The notes under the pieces: generated by a model
Database searches by the model: none
What the model saw: the letters and a program-made list of their open reading frames with translations, nothing else
What the model was told of the DNA's origin: nothing
Made by a program: the position numbers and the translations under genes
In this document: piece by piece, positions 21,201 through 25,823 of the stretch
How the letters are laid out: every line of letters begins with the position of its first letter
Position numbering within the stretch: position 1 is the stretch's first letter
IMG/VR virus record: IMGVR_UViG_3300032232_001415
Span: 90,653 to 154,652 of that record
Origin: a virus
Lineage: Duplodnaviria; Caudoviricetes
Length of the DNA stretch: 64,000 nucleotides
Direction: 5' to 3' (one strand)

Positions 21201-22248
21201 AGGCCTCTATAGTTCCGCCTCTTTGAACACGAGTAAAAATTGTTCTTAAACCAGTAGCAATAGTTTCTGCGCTTTCACGAGTTGTTGCTCTTACACTAGT
21301 AAATACTGCTAAAAATTCATTCAATGCGTCTTTACCTTCGCTAACTCCTCTGCTAGATGCGGCAAAAACACCACCGGTACGCTGAATAGCAGTAATTAAG
21401 TCGCTAGATTCAACGGCGAATTTAGCAGCAACAGCATTGACAGATCCTAGTGCTGATCCGAGATCTTTAGCACTAATACCGAACTGTCTCATAAGGGCGA
21501 TACTTCCTTCTACTGTCTCACTTAAATTATCGAAAGATGGAGCAAGAGCACTTTGGGCCAAAGCTTCTAGGGCCTTTTCTGTATCTCTTGCGCTCAAACC
21601 AGCCTGAGCTAGTGTGCTGGAAACACTGATTAATTCTCTAGATGAAACACCAAGGCTTGTGGATAGTCCAGTAATTTGATTAACAAGCTTGCTAAGATCT
21701 GATATGGAGGTATCTGTTACCTGAGAAACTCTAACTAACTCTCTATTAAAATCAATAAAATCTTTAGATGCTGATGATATTGCATTTCCAATTTTATATA
21801 CAGCCCCGGTAACAGTTGCAAATGCGGCAAATCTACGAATAGCAAGAGCGCCTTGTCTTCCAAATTCTTCAAATTCTGTTCTAGCCTGTTGTACAGCTTT
21901 TGCTGATTTATTAGCATTACTAGTCAATTGATTATTAGCACTAGCAGCACTTTGAATAGCTCTTGGTAAAGAACTAATATTAGATACTGTTTGTTGTGCA
22001 GTTCTTGATAACGTGGCTAAACTAGTATTAGCTTGTCTAGATAATGTGGAAGTATTTCTTAGACTATCATTAAGTCTATTAAATGCTTGAGAAAGATTAG
22101 AGACATTTCTTGCCACACTAGGATCTATTTTTACACTAACATTAGCATCAATTGTTCCTAGCTGTCTACGAATATCTGCAACTACTGTGCGAATATTTGA
22201 TGGACCACGAAGATTAATTTCTGCTGTTAAATTAAATCCTTTAGCCAT
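3226..22248 (-). CDS. Giant tail tape measure protein (6340 aa) with multiple embedded enzymatic cargo domains
   Basis: N-terminal TP901-type TMP core (FNRELVRVSQVT...RESAETIATGLRTIFTRVQ); Gly/Ala hydrophobic segment near 15030-15240 followed by long helical regions; six copies of the TMP-associated DTVPAMLxPGEFV motif; position right after the tail tube and chaperone genes; AGGA RBS. Confidence 0.93.
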   Translation of the reverse strand: MAKGFNLTAEINLRGPSNIRTVVADIRRQLGTIDANVSVKIDPSVARNVSNLSQAFNRLNDSLRNTSTLSRQANTSLATLSRTAQQTVSNISSLPRAIQSAASANNQLTSNANKSAKAVQQARTEFEEFGRQGALAIRRFAAFATVTGAVYKIGNAISSASKDFIDFNRELVRVSQVTDTSISDLSKLVNQITGLSTSLGVSSRELISVSSTLAQAGLSARDTEKALEALAQSALAPSFDNLSETVEGSIALMRQFGISAKDLGSALGSVNAVAAKFAVESSDLITAIQRTGGVFAASSRGVSEGKDALNEFLAVFTSVRATTRESAETIATGLRTIFTRVQRGGTIEALKEFGVNLTDLQGKFVGPYEAVKRLSAGLSQLDPRDLRFSRIVEELGGFRQIGKVIPLIQEFATAQQALVVAQRGQGSLARDATTAQQAFAVQLTKVREEFTALIRSIGNDSGFQNFIKMSLDLTSGLIRIADAAKGVIPALTAITAIRGVSALGQFATGFAGGLRTTKKNSGGMIHKFARGGVVPGSGDGDTVPAMLEPGEFVIRKRAVQTIGASNLHRMNKYGIGGTIKSGASRKRKKYAIGGIVSVNNLNRVTDGDTLNINVTPTDDPFDTGTRLLGVDAFEVTNKGGRKNSWQKTLGLKAKEVATDHYKTKSNQDILKLLRPSGNKKNEKYGRILLEDNELANKLMSSGLAVPYGSGAASSMTKEEYKKRFPGKTVEETIKDFSPAGSSKIQKKNIGGMIQKFMAGGKAEAIPFGTGETKFPKRITNAYAKELQKKLDLERVNNAFDPYPTNERITVDPAEVQQKFQSEPFDRKRFLSLFNTKISRNELLGNLSDFAKFIGLPEEDLSKVLPQTIDFGGKLQTYGYRGKFSRDPFGAQGYDDKGLEPFGFTQADEQDLFGYQKLLDEKTKETKKILKTPVTTYEDGSFSYDTVAFNKSMDEKMALGKKVSDIMSKKAVARKGLMEQKKGILESTGRGFVSMASNAFDRNQPKNVLYHELTHQLLNSLRTQSEDSFTKYKERVSQLFNGDNDGLADAFDALGGSYNSADVVYGRSYKNGLLDTVLQNLRQETMNFGGRGANPELSKEAYSMWVESGQKKNAREYRPINPKINEILLKGGQRQDTIGKVEDYGKEEFLTTLIQNAPKLDSNMQGILDSTLNELFSNAGIKRQAYGAGGQVLRNIGIVDTDVLRDPANASIVDKAMEKLGITDVSDYTTKLGELAAKARKTGSLSKFRAIAGAAGSGKSSLATGKGATDDATLRKTVRSQILTPEDIEKVNEVIVLTSTASQSKLDAYLKDVDRAYVLSSNNRGEQDQIRLNRDSRDTTGEGLYGRKPGTTRGADADFALEETILRDELGKKATVLGRKKDSFGLRRKKDSELPEMVQAGGFYMGGFAPPTRGHRGALDTLLENMLAKNPNASLEDIVVNVATDLPMVVGKEGIDHAARYGIFQEDLRALFSQINFGNAMISTQGQPAGGLSKFMEVAGSGDRRKFAKLKGAMAITSGKDDKTLGKYQRAGIDVKDIPRIEDISATKVRDALFHGDDKTLTSLLHPDIASVLMGNRAQLRNRSTMVPMLIEEIQKFVDQDKARSNTEVTEILSNAPGGPYGNVSADLKKNYPEIADQVKQIRDKRDRVSKGAFGYRAHNIIRALSAKYPETYGIDPSRKSSVSAQPSDITKEAIASQLSEQMSGEFGGVSTAMPSGLEAAILQNVEKATQVKKSSGILPTQGTEILKRFGSERLPSDPSFGPFGGKTVRDTADGGKLKYWQTSLPPATNPEKQAYYFATRDYLIQKFNESQGTKSAQALSDTTSAVLSSQQLGLVGLNPLGYTGLLGPETWNLGVDSSGQERSIDASIVQRGLPNQYQNVIDYLSGKTEEIVGGASKLLGISPKKLTKKQRETLGQGNIEGALLEQIFGSADATILDDALRTRPIDFPMGIGPKAAKIFGIDPNIPTEVKRTIDSGSRGKAIKEFQRYFRQQYGIPESKEVAKFHTGGKVGYSGMFRKFASGGHSEDTVAALLTPGEFVINKRAAQSIGLPRLNKLNRADKILGFNKGGSVGTVQKFVDGGLTKSLDDMGLEQQAKKLAAQLIKGGMSLGEALDKARKEVTDSIQGPPKGPTSMVPQQLKTSSGSRLTDEQKASTAIPVNRADIEQARLERRAASRGDVVGGFEVDERGRVKGNRRITGPGADTTKVGTRGSQEAFEASAPNRGIGYTYQYESLFGPAEGRVRGSQIAAPPPFINRSSSTMSQARLDQIVNSMTNSAKQSAGFFQQISKAASVTASTTGGMLKNVKGFVTGKTTLTGKVLTEDQIEARRNSTSSWQNKGLAAAFAIPMAAENIGSSIGGAKGAGVAAGGTAFGTAVSIGSQFGPYGALVGAIAGTVLAVEGYNKGVAQAEKELSEKKIENTSAGIDKNFERLSRNAKDTAATNSVLQGIKTISEEEGKIQTKNDQLKQPGVLQKFGNYITAGYMFNTTKQNDTELGQERAATNRAGADAAIKLLSNQVTAYSGKGFGAAMGSLGPNQDAVKKQIAEGSAEFQAKNAKLERALADKYTDDATKEEIRNEQKALIETYFKQETAGLQIAAADAERAKASSKLAKAINMSTVSISRTFANMDSAVAKTSVSLQNVSSRLEDIANGTVSLKTSFNAKNIISNPNAYSSNQQSGAMRQVSGFFGSDAKFVEQLASFGGDARTIASSMAAQAQQAGTDPELAAENIQRALTDKLIKSFGDNRLTDNLRKQIASAIDAQRAKKQEGGEFDLDAFINELTGLNDLTEANKQLMESTTKIITAVEEGLNIYANAIEKSIALQSEINNLYAENIVNQKNIDIRQKELLGKEVGVSERGSARVQAAEIKAGVKTGSLNTTDLMAAYKIASQELNRVSEQKRSFESSGANLADPRVQAQLQSFIRQIADLNNQITKTKDGLKNIASNIQSSIEDAMNEIQKRVAKIETVRQASVGFAEKMVTGTPQELMDMRNSYELVTNTLNGQIRTIQQSAAANEAYSKIIKDGGTQQEAMTAAQEAYSNENKQAFATFNEMLQMMGLEGKESNQLRADMIRGMARNNGLQNDPFVTKALSLLEKDTGEDPIVKQLNALIDVQQTALSDATQALAGTLNEQQITLIQTAGEAIRKAISETTINFNTQQLREIGLGIQRPGNVMNKASGGMVYASSGKFIPRGTDTVPAMLSPGEFVVNSRATKNNLPLLNAINKNSGGPVYLKKGSSKPVTAADAAADALADMDAQPKPGKPKPTARQRAARAGSAAFSAATSSGVSGNVARNVLRTAGGAAVSAVAGENAGIVVEEIGAISDIGVTAAQSAGLPSRASGLTAQAANTAYRSGGRQGLRAAIPAANMPVTRPSVIWPNAPAPLRAPQGPAMILTEIGVQSAYEIGSAVYDTPAYIRAKNEETRQQMEEGNIGTNIVGNVFGTDMSISRPSTWIPGRGIPAAVGRTSVAIGGAASASAEAERLRQETERRNYGLPSAEIGTASGREFQMTQGFTTTAIRWARRRARVKRDIEKARNEIGKYDTDTLTFEIRFTRFAQEQGLSQSTIDQALSSNNPIGYVDKYLDKNFKEEIYNQNGERNSLFMNGSLPVHQNPYLGGSGYTDEDAKLERLTNDYIVLQKEQEIKSEQKRKEEERAHKANETFMFNTYERPGLEQNINQGIEGIQNAGQNLLNLGSSLVSTYNNVRIPSAVAKQADQYINKPIIPEKIEEVDKLARQRAYLQQQMTEARASLQRKMDDQGSVLTMADYELYGSDIKPEGRYSKENNAIILERKRADHAKKIKEIETYYGRKINEVNTQIVDTNAKFKDLSPEERKQKWDEYDKAKSDEKAKIEADKKDEARAESARRMRDRREASQAERRSLQRFKLVAGISGMNPPTDPRRAEGWRKNVLRRLQDKWNIGGLAKDNIEYFVKNYNMSADTAQAIFMPFNDRQLSAWADVMSQQGTISATDKKILKLSNDEITQLANPRDKAIAIQRRPLLERQQQALAVKSLATMSSFEKAAARGSSLTRAQQANLRMNLINRMIDKGFIKRGEDANTSAARLNNLGVSQQTAQFLFPNTVTGMVAGNFSNGGVIYASSGRLINFEPKGTDTVPAMLTPGEFVVNARATKENLPLLQSINKNKGGSVNYLADGGLASSKIRSDFSQNINNQNALKEIKDVKKLVSDTRINSISSKDTSSKIYDNNIKNQNYANPLLKNINGTTSDTKKTLDKVAASSGFSSGGVVYASSGKLINFEPKGTDTVPAMLTPGEFVVNARSTSQHLPLLKAINSSKGGDVKHLNNGGVVYAQWGLKVPTVTQGYLEDKYGGPRPKPYGPAPVVSTWYEKTFRSILGQDLFKTDKKGNNIGVDTVYAKIMKDRMNSQAWDRLPMMHQDDESYARKNVTSLLDEVQGVGKDRPLRPGEYNPWNTKDRKAQTDRINAKRRFFGESSADNMPRDKDGDFLKGRRPTLDEILSGRYPDPENLSLKQRLMLLKQQIEARNKFLKEQPIKEQQDKDRRSQPVDLSKTGRGPDDLTIRDTVKWGSIGGSPTPTTGTNTKPSPTPAPKPPVSAPSKPSPTPAPKPPVSAPSKPSPTPAPKPPVSAPNFDDKYPYLSGKAGRDMKQKQAEKYPYLSGSVGRGEMPNLAFGERVWYGDKKWDLNNDGKEEESIMGRFDSVTSDGDIRIIRPDGRPLLLDKKSFGRFANDKDRAAAGMKPQNKSLGGLVAYLQDGGFTLPGANGNYRPVGGGSRNSQLPGGMQLPGGMQLPGDMQPSEQKYDQDPQNTETYGNRKLIDVSNSDQMHASANDLVSRLMPYTSGPKGVARLLALRKQDFGIRSTSWGPGAIGHPTAMGEATTNTLDPRGTHLAFKDRNSTEAMVQHEMGHAIQHSSGAHTFRSTDSLTQYKAGKLGVIKNDIKDFLYDPKGWPDLYSGQKDYSSDDIWAKPNELFTSLIEKMDHPKFGQNALAQEMLKKVMKAYGFKKGGMVNYLQKGGKPYYHSENVKITEGTESPSINKQDQRPFAPNYTTWLDSGKNSGKYNGWYDAMTKTVVDKQGIPSIHAQGKGPNRVLSPFHESQQLGSFHGRLQVAEDMLQLASVGSNLRQKGSPIGRNRRQSNIDEPSIQYSTADQIRSLNMRVKPGYEKMYPYAGQHTKLDEVVRFLRVEASNPSDKKGSSEYSQTLSEQPGGILANRRRWFFPMDESEAPKALRFYAQSRSQTQDSDDLTDLDKLSLQLRMLEMPIKEAERYRLSHASMKKDPLAQHSRMKQHEFLFPPEVAEKSRTLSVDELTPDLKTSLASRQLSDIMTSGRREYAATRDSQDKFHDRPLDLIREIYKARRAEYQRMIDNGHVDKDAPHMKRRMEALDKEEFDLTRRVQKTLEKPITLPEDYMSLYKGGIVYAQEGSYIPFKSPRAKALNDRRIQGEKVQEEKQKAAMLDRLRKQLNAELAPTGNRAMSELQQRLRASGYLEGKKQRKDAAIDKEEYEQIKFALDMIEEYKRFQYSQIPVNNKFDSEAEKTRRRNTPQLPPPLPHLTPQSKQYGGMVNYLQNGGLSSDDMALREKIDRDIRERAKWEAERPKREGIEKRRMEKELRKKEIAERREAISELKVNILGPKPNGGGEGLFGKDRGSGYDGRWKGEYAKLPNNIEALKRIRDEKLYTPEGMSKTQASFDNVFRSAQTQTQRRKEEFKGYDKTDFIMGFMIDSDTNLTRLKDGYLTKDELSVIFKFWDINKDGLLQANELDPQNRKLPDILNKSLRPKQNILDPEIGSLDPEAGVKRLNPKTESLPHETMGPRDPAVNTPPPRPNRQESTFAGAGQYAKINVTDFDTMIAAREEFIQKLLPYTSSPEGAKKLISKSKSGENKHKNRIGFGGSLNYGVDLKEFPESEWGRGRFMGRAGAEKRGLPETDNGMMFNKEQIQKGVVQHEMAHALQDISTRGGMGYTQDMYEGKISDGYGKKTDISADVNNYLTNKAGWSLVQKLHRGRTGHDTLYQTQMPGMEVFTNMVQFMDLIKGSSQQDIDRAMYNDADTVNINDFNNLYDNTLKLIMKSMGYKRGGIVYASAGTLVPYQPKGTDTVPAMLTPGEFVVNRESTQKHLPLLKSINAGAYATGGEVYKEEAERKRKAYQDEMERRRRSYREDKDMRSLVSARKYEDSGRSLPSGLQSRLSSIQDRDPLTYNTMRNYNANLGYMAPSLTNSQNTTKNDSPEFGQILTTLTQSSRDFNNAITVATKALQDYQRQIVSGGATTGNSVSNNGAPNNIGLDGLSQFTDKFNNFVSELQKINLPPIINVEGTHKVEVVINGASALQNILQGPIGDLVRDSVKNAFDKLRASTEGGISIN
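3907..4098 (-). repeat. TMP linker repeat copy 6 (YKRGGIVYASAG...PKGTDTVPAMLTPGEFVVN...LPLLKSIN...YATGG)
   Basis: Motif read from the translation; boundaries approximate. Confidence 0.9.
7941..7998. repeat. 18-bp tandem repeat, about 3.2 copies, encoding QLPGGM
   Basis: gttgcataccgccaggaa at 7941 (1 mismatch), 7959 and 7977. Confidence 0.95.
8441..8582. repeat. 48-bp tandem repeat, about 3 copies, encoding Pro-rich KPSPTPAPKPPVSAPS
   Basis: Units start at 8441, 8489 and 8537; near-identical with a single t/c difference. Confidence 0.97.
9320..9540 (-). repeat. TMP linker repeat copy 5 (FSSGGVVYASSG...PKGTDTVPAMLTPGEFVVN...LPLLKAIN)
   Basis: Motif read from the translation; boundaries approximate. 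Confidence 0.9.
9790..9990 (-). repeat. TMP linker repeat copy 4 (FSNGGVIYASSG...PKGTDTVPAMLTPGEFVVN...LPLLQSIN)
   Basis: Motif read from the translation; DNA similar to copy 5, differing mostly at third codon positions. Confidence 0.9.
12544..12730 (-). repeat. TMP linker repeat copy 3 (ASGGMVYASSG...GTDTVPAMLSPGEFVVN...LPLLNAIN)
   Basis: Motif read from the translation; boundaries approximate. Confidence 0.9.
16005..16245 (-). repeat. TMP linker repeat copy 2 (FHTGG...FASGGHSEDTVAALLTPGEFVINKRA...FNKGG...FVDGG)
   Basis: Motif read from the translation; boundaries approximate. Confidence 0.9.
20540..20700 (-). repeat. TMP linker repeat copy 1 (SGGMIHKFARGG...GDTVPAMLEPGEFVIRKRA)
   Basis: Motif read from the translation; boundaries approximate. 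Confidence 0.9.
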
Positions 22249-22263
22249 AATTATTTATTTCCT

Positions 22264-22306
22264 AAAAAATAACACCACACTGCATAGAATACAGTATGGT
22301 GCTATT
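22264..22306 (-). terminator. Long RNA hairpin plus U-tract just upstream of the TMP ribosome-binding site
   Basis: Minus-strand RNA AAUAGCACCAUACUG-UAUUCUAUG-CAGUGUGGUGUUAUU-UUU forms a stem of at least 15 bp with G-U pairs that exist only on this strand. Confidence 0.6.
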
Positions 22307-22331
22307 GGTATTATCTAATGAAAGAAAATTT

Positions 22332-23240
22332 TTAACTATTTGAAGCAGGCGATTCTGGACCATTTGTTGATTCGACGGAAGTTTTAGTCTCTTCTGAGTT
22401 TTTAACTTCTGCTGCTTCAACTGATGGTTGTGGTGTTGTTTCATTTTCTAGTACTACCGGATTTCCGTCGTCATCTAAAAATGGTTGTGAATCAACAATA
22501 TAATCTCCATCTTTATCTACCTTATTACCAAATTTATCCACAAAGTTACCAGCTTCGTCAATATATCTGCCACTCTCATCAACTAGTCTGCCTTCAATAT
22601 CAACCAGTCTGCCTTCTTTGTTAATGAGCCTTAGTTTATCATCAACGAACTTAAATTTTTGTAAAAATTTATTTTCTGGTAAACTCTTTTCAAAATTGTT
22701 ATCCAAACCATAAATCATGTTAGCCAATTTTTGAGCACCAACAAGAGCGACGGGGTCATCTGTTCTATTTAAATAGTCTTCTAAACTCTTAAAATAGCGC
22801 TCATTATTCTCTTTATACACCACACATGATGATACAAGATAGTTAAATCTCGCATTATCAGCTTGACCTTCTGCGCTATGATTATCCAAACTAGTTCTAA
22901 CACTAATTAAATCTCTTATTTCTTCTCTTGTTTTTTTCATTTCAAGAGCAAGATTTTTAGCCTCTTTAAGATTAAATCCTCCTTTAGCTAGTCTTTTTTC
23001 ACCATCAAGAATTTGCTGTTGTAGTTCAGTGAACTTAGCCTGTTTTTCTTGATTCCATAGCCCTTGCTCTTCCAAAAGATCATCAAGTTTTGCTCTAACA
23101 ACAGCCTTAGATTTTATAGCATCAGTAAATGCTTGATTATATGCTTTCTGAGCTTCTCTTTGATCATTCAAAGTAGGAGAACGAACGGTAAATTCTTTGT
23201 CTTTGCTATCAACGGTAACTTTAAAATTTTCAGTTTTCAT
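22332..23240 (-). CDS. Probable tail assembly chaperone
   Basis: Helical charged 302-aa protein directly upstream of the TMP, with C-terminal 7-aa (V/I)DxxGxx repeats. Function assigned from position. Confidence 0.55.
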   Translation of the reverse strand: MKTENFKVTVDSKDKEFTVRSPTLNDQREAQKAYNQAFTDAIKSKAVVRAKLDDLLEEQGLWNQEKQAKFTELQQQILDGEKRLAKGGFNLKEAKNLALEMKKTREEIRDLISVRTSLDNHSAEGQADNARFNYLVSSCVVYKENNERYFKSLEDYLNRTDDPVALVGAQKLANMIYGLDNNFEKSLPENKFLQKFKFVDDKLRLINKEGRLVDIEGRLVDESGRYIDEAGNFVDKFGNKVDKDGDYIVDSQPFLDDDGNPVVLENETTPQPSVEAAEVKNSEETKTSVESTNGPESPASNS

Positions 23241-23533
23241 AGATCTTCATCCTTTTTAATTGGAAAATTATATGTATAATTATTTTTAAATACTCCACCA
23301 TATTTATAAAAGTCATCATTCAACTGTCTAATCTGTCTATTTCCATAGTTCAGAATATCATTTCTTAAAAATTCCCATCTGTCTAAAAAATCTTCTTCCA
23401 ATGATGACAATTCGCCATCTTTATCTTGTCCCCATAGATGACCAAAATGTTGTTCTATTCGAGCTAGTGCTCCTATCATAGTAGTCTGAATTCTTTTTTG
23501 TAATGTAAATTTTAATCTTTCTGGATTATACAT
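23237..23533 (-). CDS. Hypothetical protein in tail assembly cluster
   Basis: 98-aa ORF with ATGA overlap with the downstream gene. Confidence 0.75.
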   Translation of the reverse strand: MYNPERLKFTLQKRIQTTMIGALARIEQHFGHLWGQDKDGELSSLEEDFLDRWEFLRNDILNYGNRQIRQLNDDFYKYGGVFKNNYTYNFPIKKDEDL

Positions 23534-23536
23534 ATA

Positions 23537-24568
23537 TTATATTCCTTTGATTTGTTCATGTATCTTTTGTCTAACATCCGGCAGATGAGAATCAGGCACT
23601 GCTTTATCTTGAGAAGTTACAACGCTCACCTTCTGCTTAAGATTATATAATGACTGATCAGTATTAAAATCCAAAATAGTATCCGCAGTTTCCTTATTAG
23701 AAGCCATGAGGAAAATTTCCGATGAATTCCTAATTTTATCCGTCAACATATTATCTACACCTTTTTCTTGTTTCTGCTTGATATTTTTCTTCTTTTGATC
23801 TATCATCCATCCGTCCAAAGCATCATCATCAGCTATAATTTCTTCTGGTGGAGCTTCAGGATGTTCATGAACTCTATCATACATTGTGGATATGTTCATT
23901 AATGTTTTTTGCTCATCTGACCACTGATCCACAGATTCTGTTAAAATATTAGATTTATTATTTGACCAATAATTTCTCCAATATTCATTTCTTGCTATTT
24001 CTTTATATGTTTCAACAGATATAATCTCATTAGAAATTTGAGATATAATCTCATTAAAAAAATTATATTCTATATAATTAGGGTCAAAGACTAATTTATT
24101 ACTTTGAAAATAATATAATGTATGTGTTATTAAAAATTCATTTTTAATTTTTTCACAATAGTGTTCCAAAGATAAATAATCTAAACAATGCAAATTATGA
24201 TACTGTATATTAAGTTGTTTTTTAATTTGTTCTAGATTAAATCTATTTTTCTTTTTTTTATTAATATCTAGATATTGTTGATATAGTATTAATTTACTAT
24301 TTTCTAATTTTTTTTCTATCCTTGATATTTGTTGGTTATAATCAAAAGACAATAATCCTAATTCTATAGCAAGATTTGGAATATCTTCTATTAACCAAAA
24401 ATCATCAAATAAACTAGATTCATAAATATCCTTATACAAAATATCTGATTCTAGCTTAAGATCCAAACTTGGCTTATGTAGACAATATATAATATCTTTA
24501 TATTTAAAGATTAATTTTCCAGATAATATCCTATGAACTAGCTGTTCTATGACTCTTGATTCTGCCAC
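23537..24568 (-). CDS. Probable tail assembly chaperone-like protein
   Basis: 343 aa, GTG start, helical, between tail tube and TMP. Function assigned from position. Confidence 0.5.
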   Translation of the reverse strand: MAESRVIEQLVHRILSGKLIFKYKDIIYCLHKPSLDLKLESDILYKDIYESSLFDDFWLIEDIPNLAIELGLLSFDYNQQISRIEKKLENSKLILYQQYLDINKKKKNRFNLEQIKKQLNIQYHNLHCLDYLSLEHYCEKIKNEFLITHTLYYFQSNKLVFDPNYIEYNFFNEIISQISNEIISVETYKEIARNEYWRNYWSNNKSNILTESVDQWSDEQKTLMNISTMYDRVHEHPEAPPEEIIADDDALDGWMIDQKKKNIKQKQEKGVDNMLTDKIRNSSEIFLMASNKETADTILDFNTDQSLYNLKQKVSVVTSQDKAVPDSHLPDVRQKIHEQIKGI

Positions 24569-24696
24569 TTAGGATCCCATTTATCCGAAGATAAATTTTC
24601 CTGATTTTTAAGTTGTTTTTGTAAACTATCTATGATCCCCTGAGATCTCAAGAGATCATAGTATAGCTTACCTATTACTAAAAATAGTTCATCCAT
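24547..24696 (-). CDS. Small 49-aa hypothetical protein (below ORF-track cutoff)
   Basis: MDELFLVIGKLYYDLLRSQGIIDSLQKQLKNQENLSSDKWDPKWQNQES, TAG stop, AGGA RBS upstream; fills the gap after the tail tube gene. Confidence 0.65.
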   Translation of the reverse strand: MDELFLVIGKLYYDLLRSQGIIDSLQKQLKNQENLSSDKWDPKWQNQES

Positions 24697-24767
24697 AATT
24701 ATATTCCTAATTTCTTATTAACTTTACATTAGATCTTAATTCTTATTAATTAACTATCACTAATTGC

Positions 24768-25790
24768 TCAGTCACCAGCCGACTCAGCATAGGTTAAGTA
24801 ACCAGTACTGCCTGTTGGAGGAGTATAGGTGAAGTTGTTATATGATATATAACTATATGTTATAGTAGCATTACCACCACCAGTATCTCCACCAGTATAG
24901 TTAACACTGGTGAGCTTATTCTTTTTACCAAGATCAATTTGCATTCCATCACATAGCTTGATAACAATCTCTTTGTCAGAAAGGGCTTTTGGATTATTGC
25001 AAGCAGTAGTGCTTGATCCACTAACTCCTACCATATCTCCAGTACTAGCAACAACTTGAATTTCTGTTGTTACTTGAACTGGGAAATTAACATAACGAAC
25101 AAATGGTGTTCTGCTTCCTAGTTCACGAATTTGTTCGCGGCCAAGATTCATACTAACACTAACTTGACTAATCTTACTACCTGTTGGAATACCTCCAGAA
25201 ACTGATTGAACAGTCATGTCACCAGCAGATCCTGTTGGAAGAACTGAGGCTGTGCTCCACATTCCTCTTCTAGCAATAGTTGTGGTACCACTATTTTCTG
25301 GAGCACCAGCTATAACTCCAACATTGGCTACCCAACTCTTGTCATTACTAACTATTGTTACTTCTTCAGTAAAATTACCTTCTGTTGGGAAAGTATAACT
25401 CACACTTGATAAGTATGCTGGCACACACTCAACAGCTGCTGTTGCTTGTCCAGTTGCTGCTATGTTAGTATCTGGATAAAGTATTAATTTTACTCCACAA
25501 CGATTATTCGCTGTTGCTGATAGTGTGCCCGAACCCATAGCCATACCATAGATGGTATTACTTCCGTCTAGCACTTTATTAAGAGTAATTTCAACTTCTG
25601 GAATTTCTTCATAATTATCATAAAGATCCAACTGACCGAGCTGATAGATTGGCTCAAGATTAAAGTTGGTGTTCATTCCAACACTCTGAAGACCCTGGAT
25701 TGTATCATACAATGGATTAGCAGTACTGTCTCCACTTGGTCCGTTAATTTGAACTGCTTGACAAGCATAAAAAATACGATTATTTGGCAT
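24768..25790 (-). CDS. Major tail tube protein with two tandem tube-fold repeats
   Basis: Beta-rich 340 aa with LQSVGMNTNFNLEPIYQLGQ and ISQVSVSMNLGREQIRELGS tube-like motifs; GGAG RBS; canonical position after the terminator and before chaperones and TMP. Confidence 0.75.
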   Translation of the reverse strand: MPNNRIFYACQAVQINGPSGDSTANPLYDTIQGLQSVGMNTNFNLEPIYQLGQLDLYDNYEEIPEVEITLNKVLDGSNTIYGMAMGSGTLSATANNRCGVKLILYPDTNIAATGQATAAVECVPAYLSSVSYTFPTEGNFTEEVTIVSNDKSWVANVGVIAGAPENSGTTTIARRGMWSTASVLPTGSAGDMTVQSVSGGIPTGSKISQVSVSMNLGREQIRELGSRTPFVRYVNFPVQVTTEIQVVASTGDMVGVSGSSTTACNNPKALSDKEIVIKLCDGMQIDLGKKNKLTSVNYTGGDTGGGNATITYSYISYNNFTYTPPTGSTGYLTYAESAGD

Positions 25791-25823
25791 GGTATAACTC
25801 CAGAATTGTATTGGTTTTTAAAA

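Noticed and set aside
3226-22248. Inteins as the explanation for TMP size
   Set aside because: No Hint-domain N-terminal C/S block, no HN-C/S/T junction and no LAGLIDADG motif seen at cassette borders.
22262-22444. 60-aa minus ORF overlapping the chaperone end
   Set aside because: Alternative frame running through the hairpin region; low-complexity product and no supporting signal.
24547-24570. Programmed frameshift joining the 49-aa and 343-aa ORFs
   Set aside because: A TAA stop directly precedes the GTG in the downstream frame, and no slippery heptamer lies in the overlap.
24705-24750. Short direct repeat TTAATAAGAA(A)TTA downstream of the tail tube gene
   Set aside because: Two short AT-only copies in an AT-rich gap; could easily be chance.
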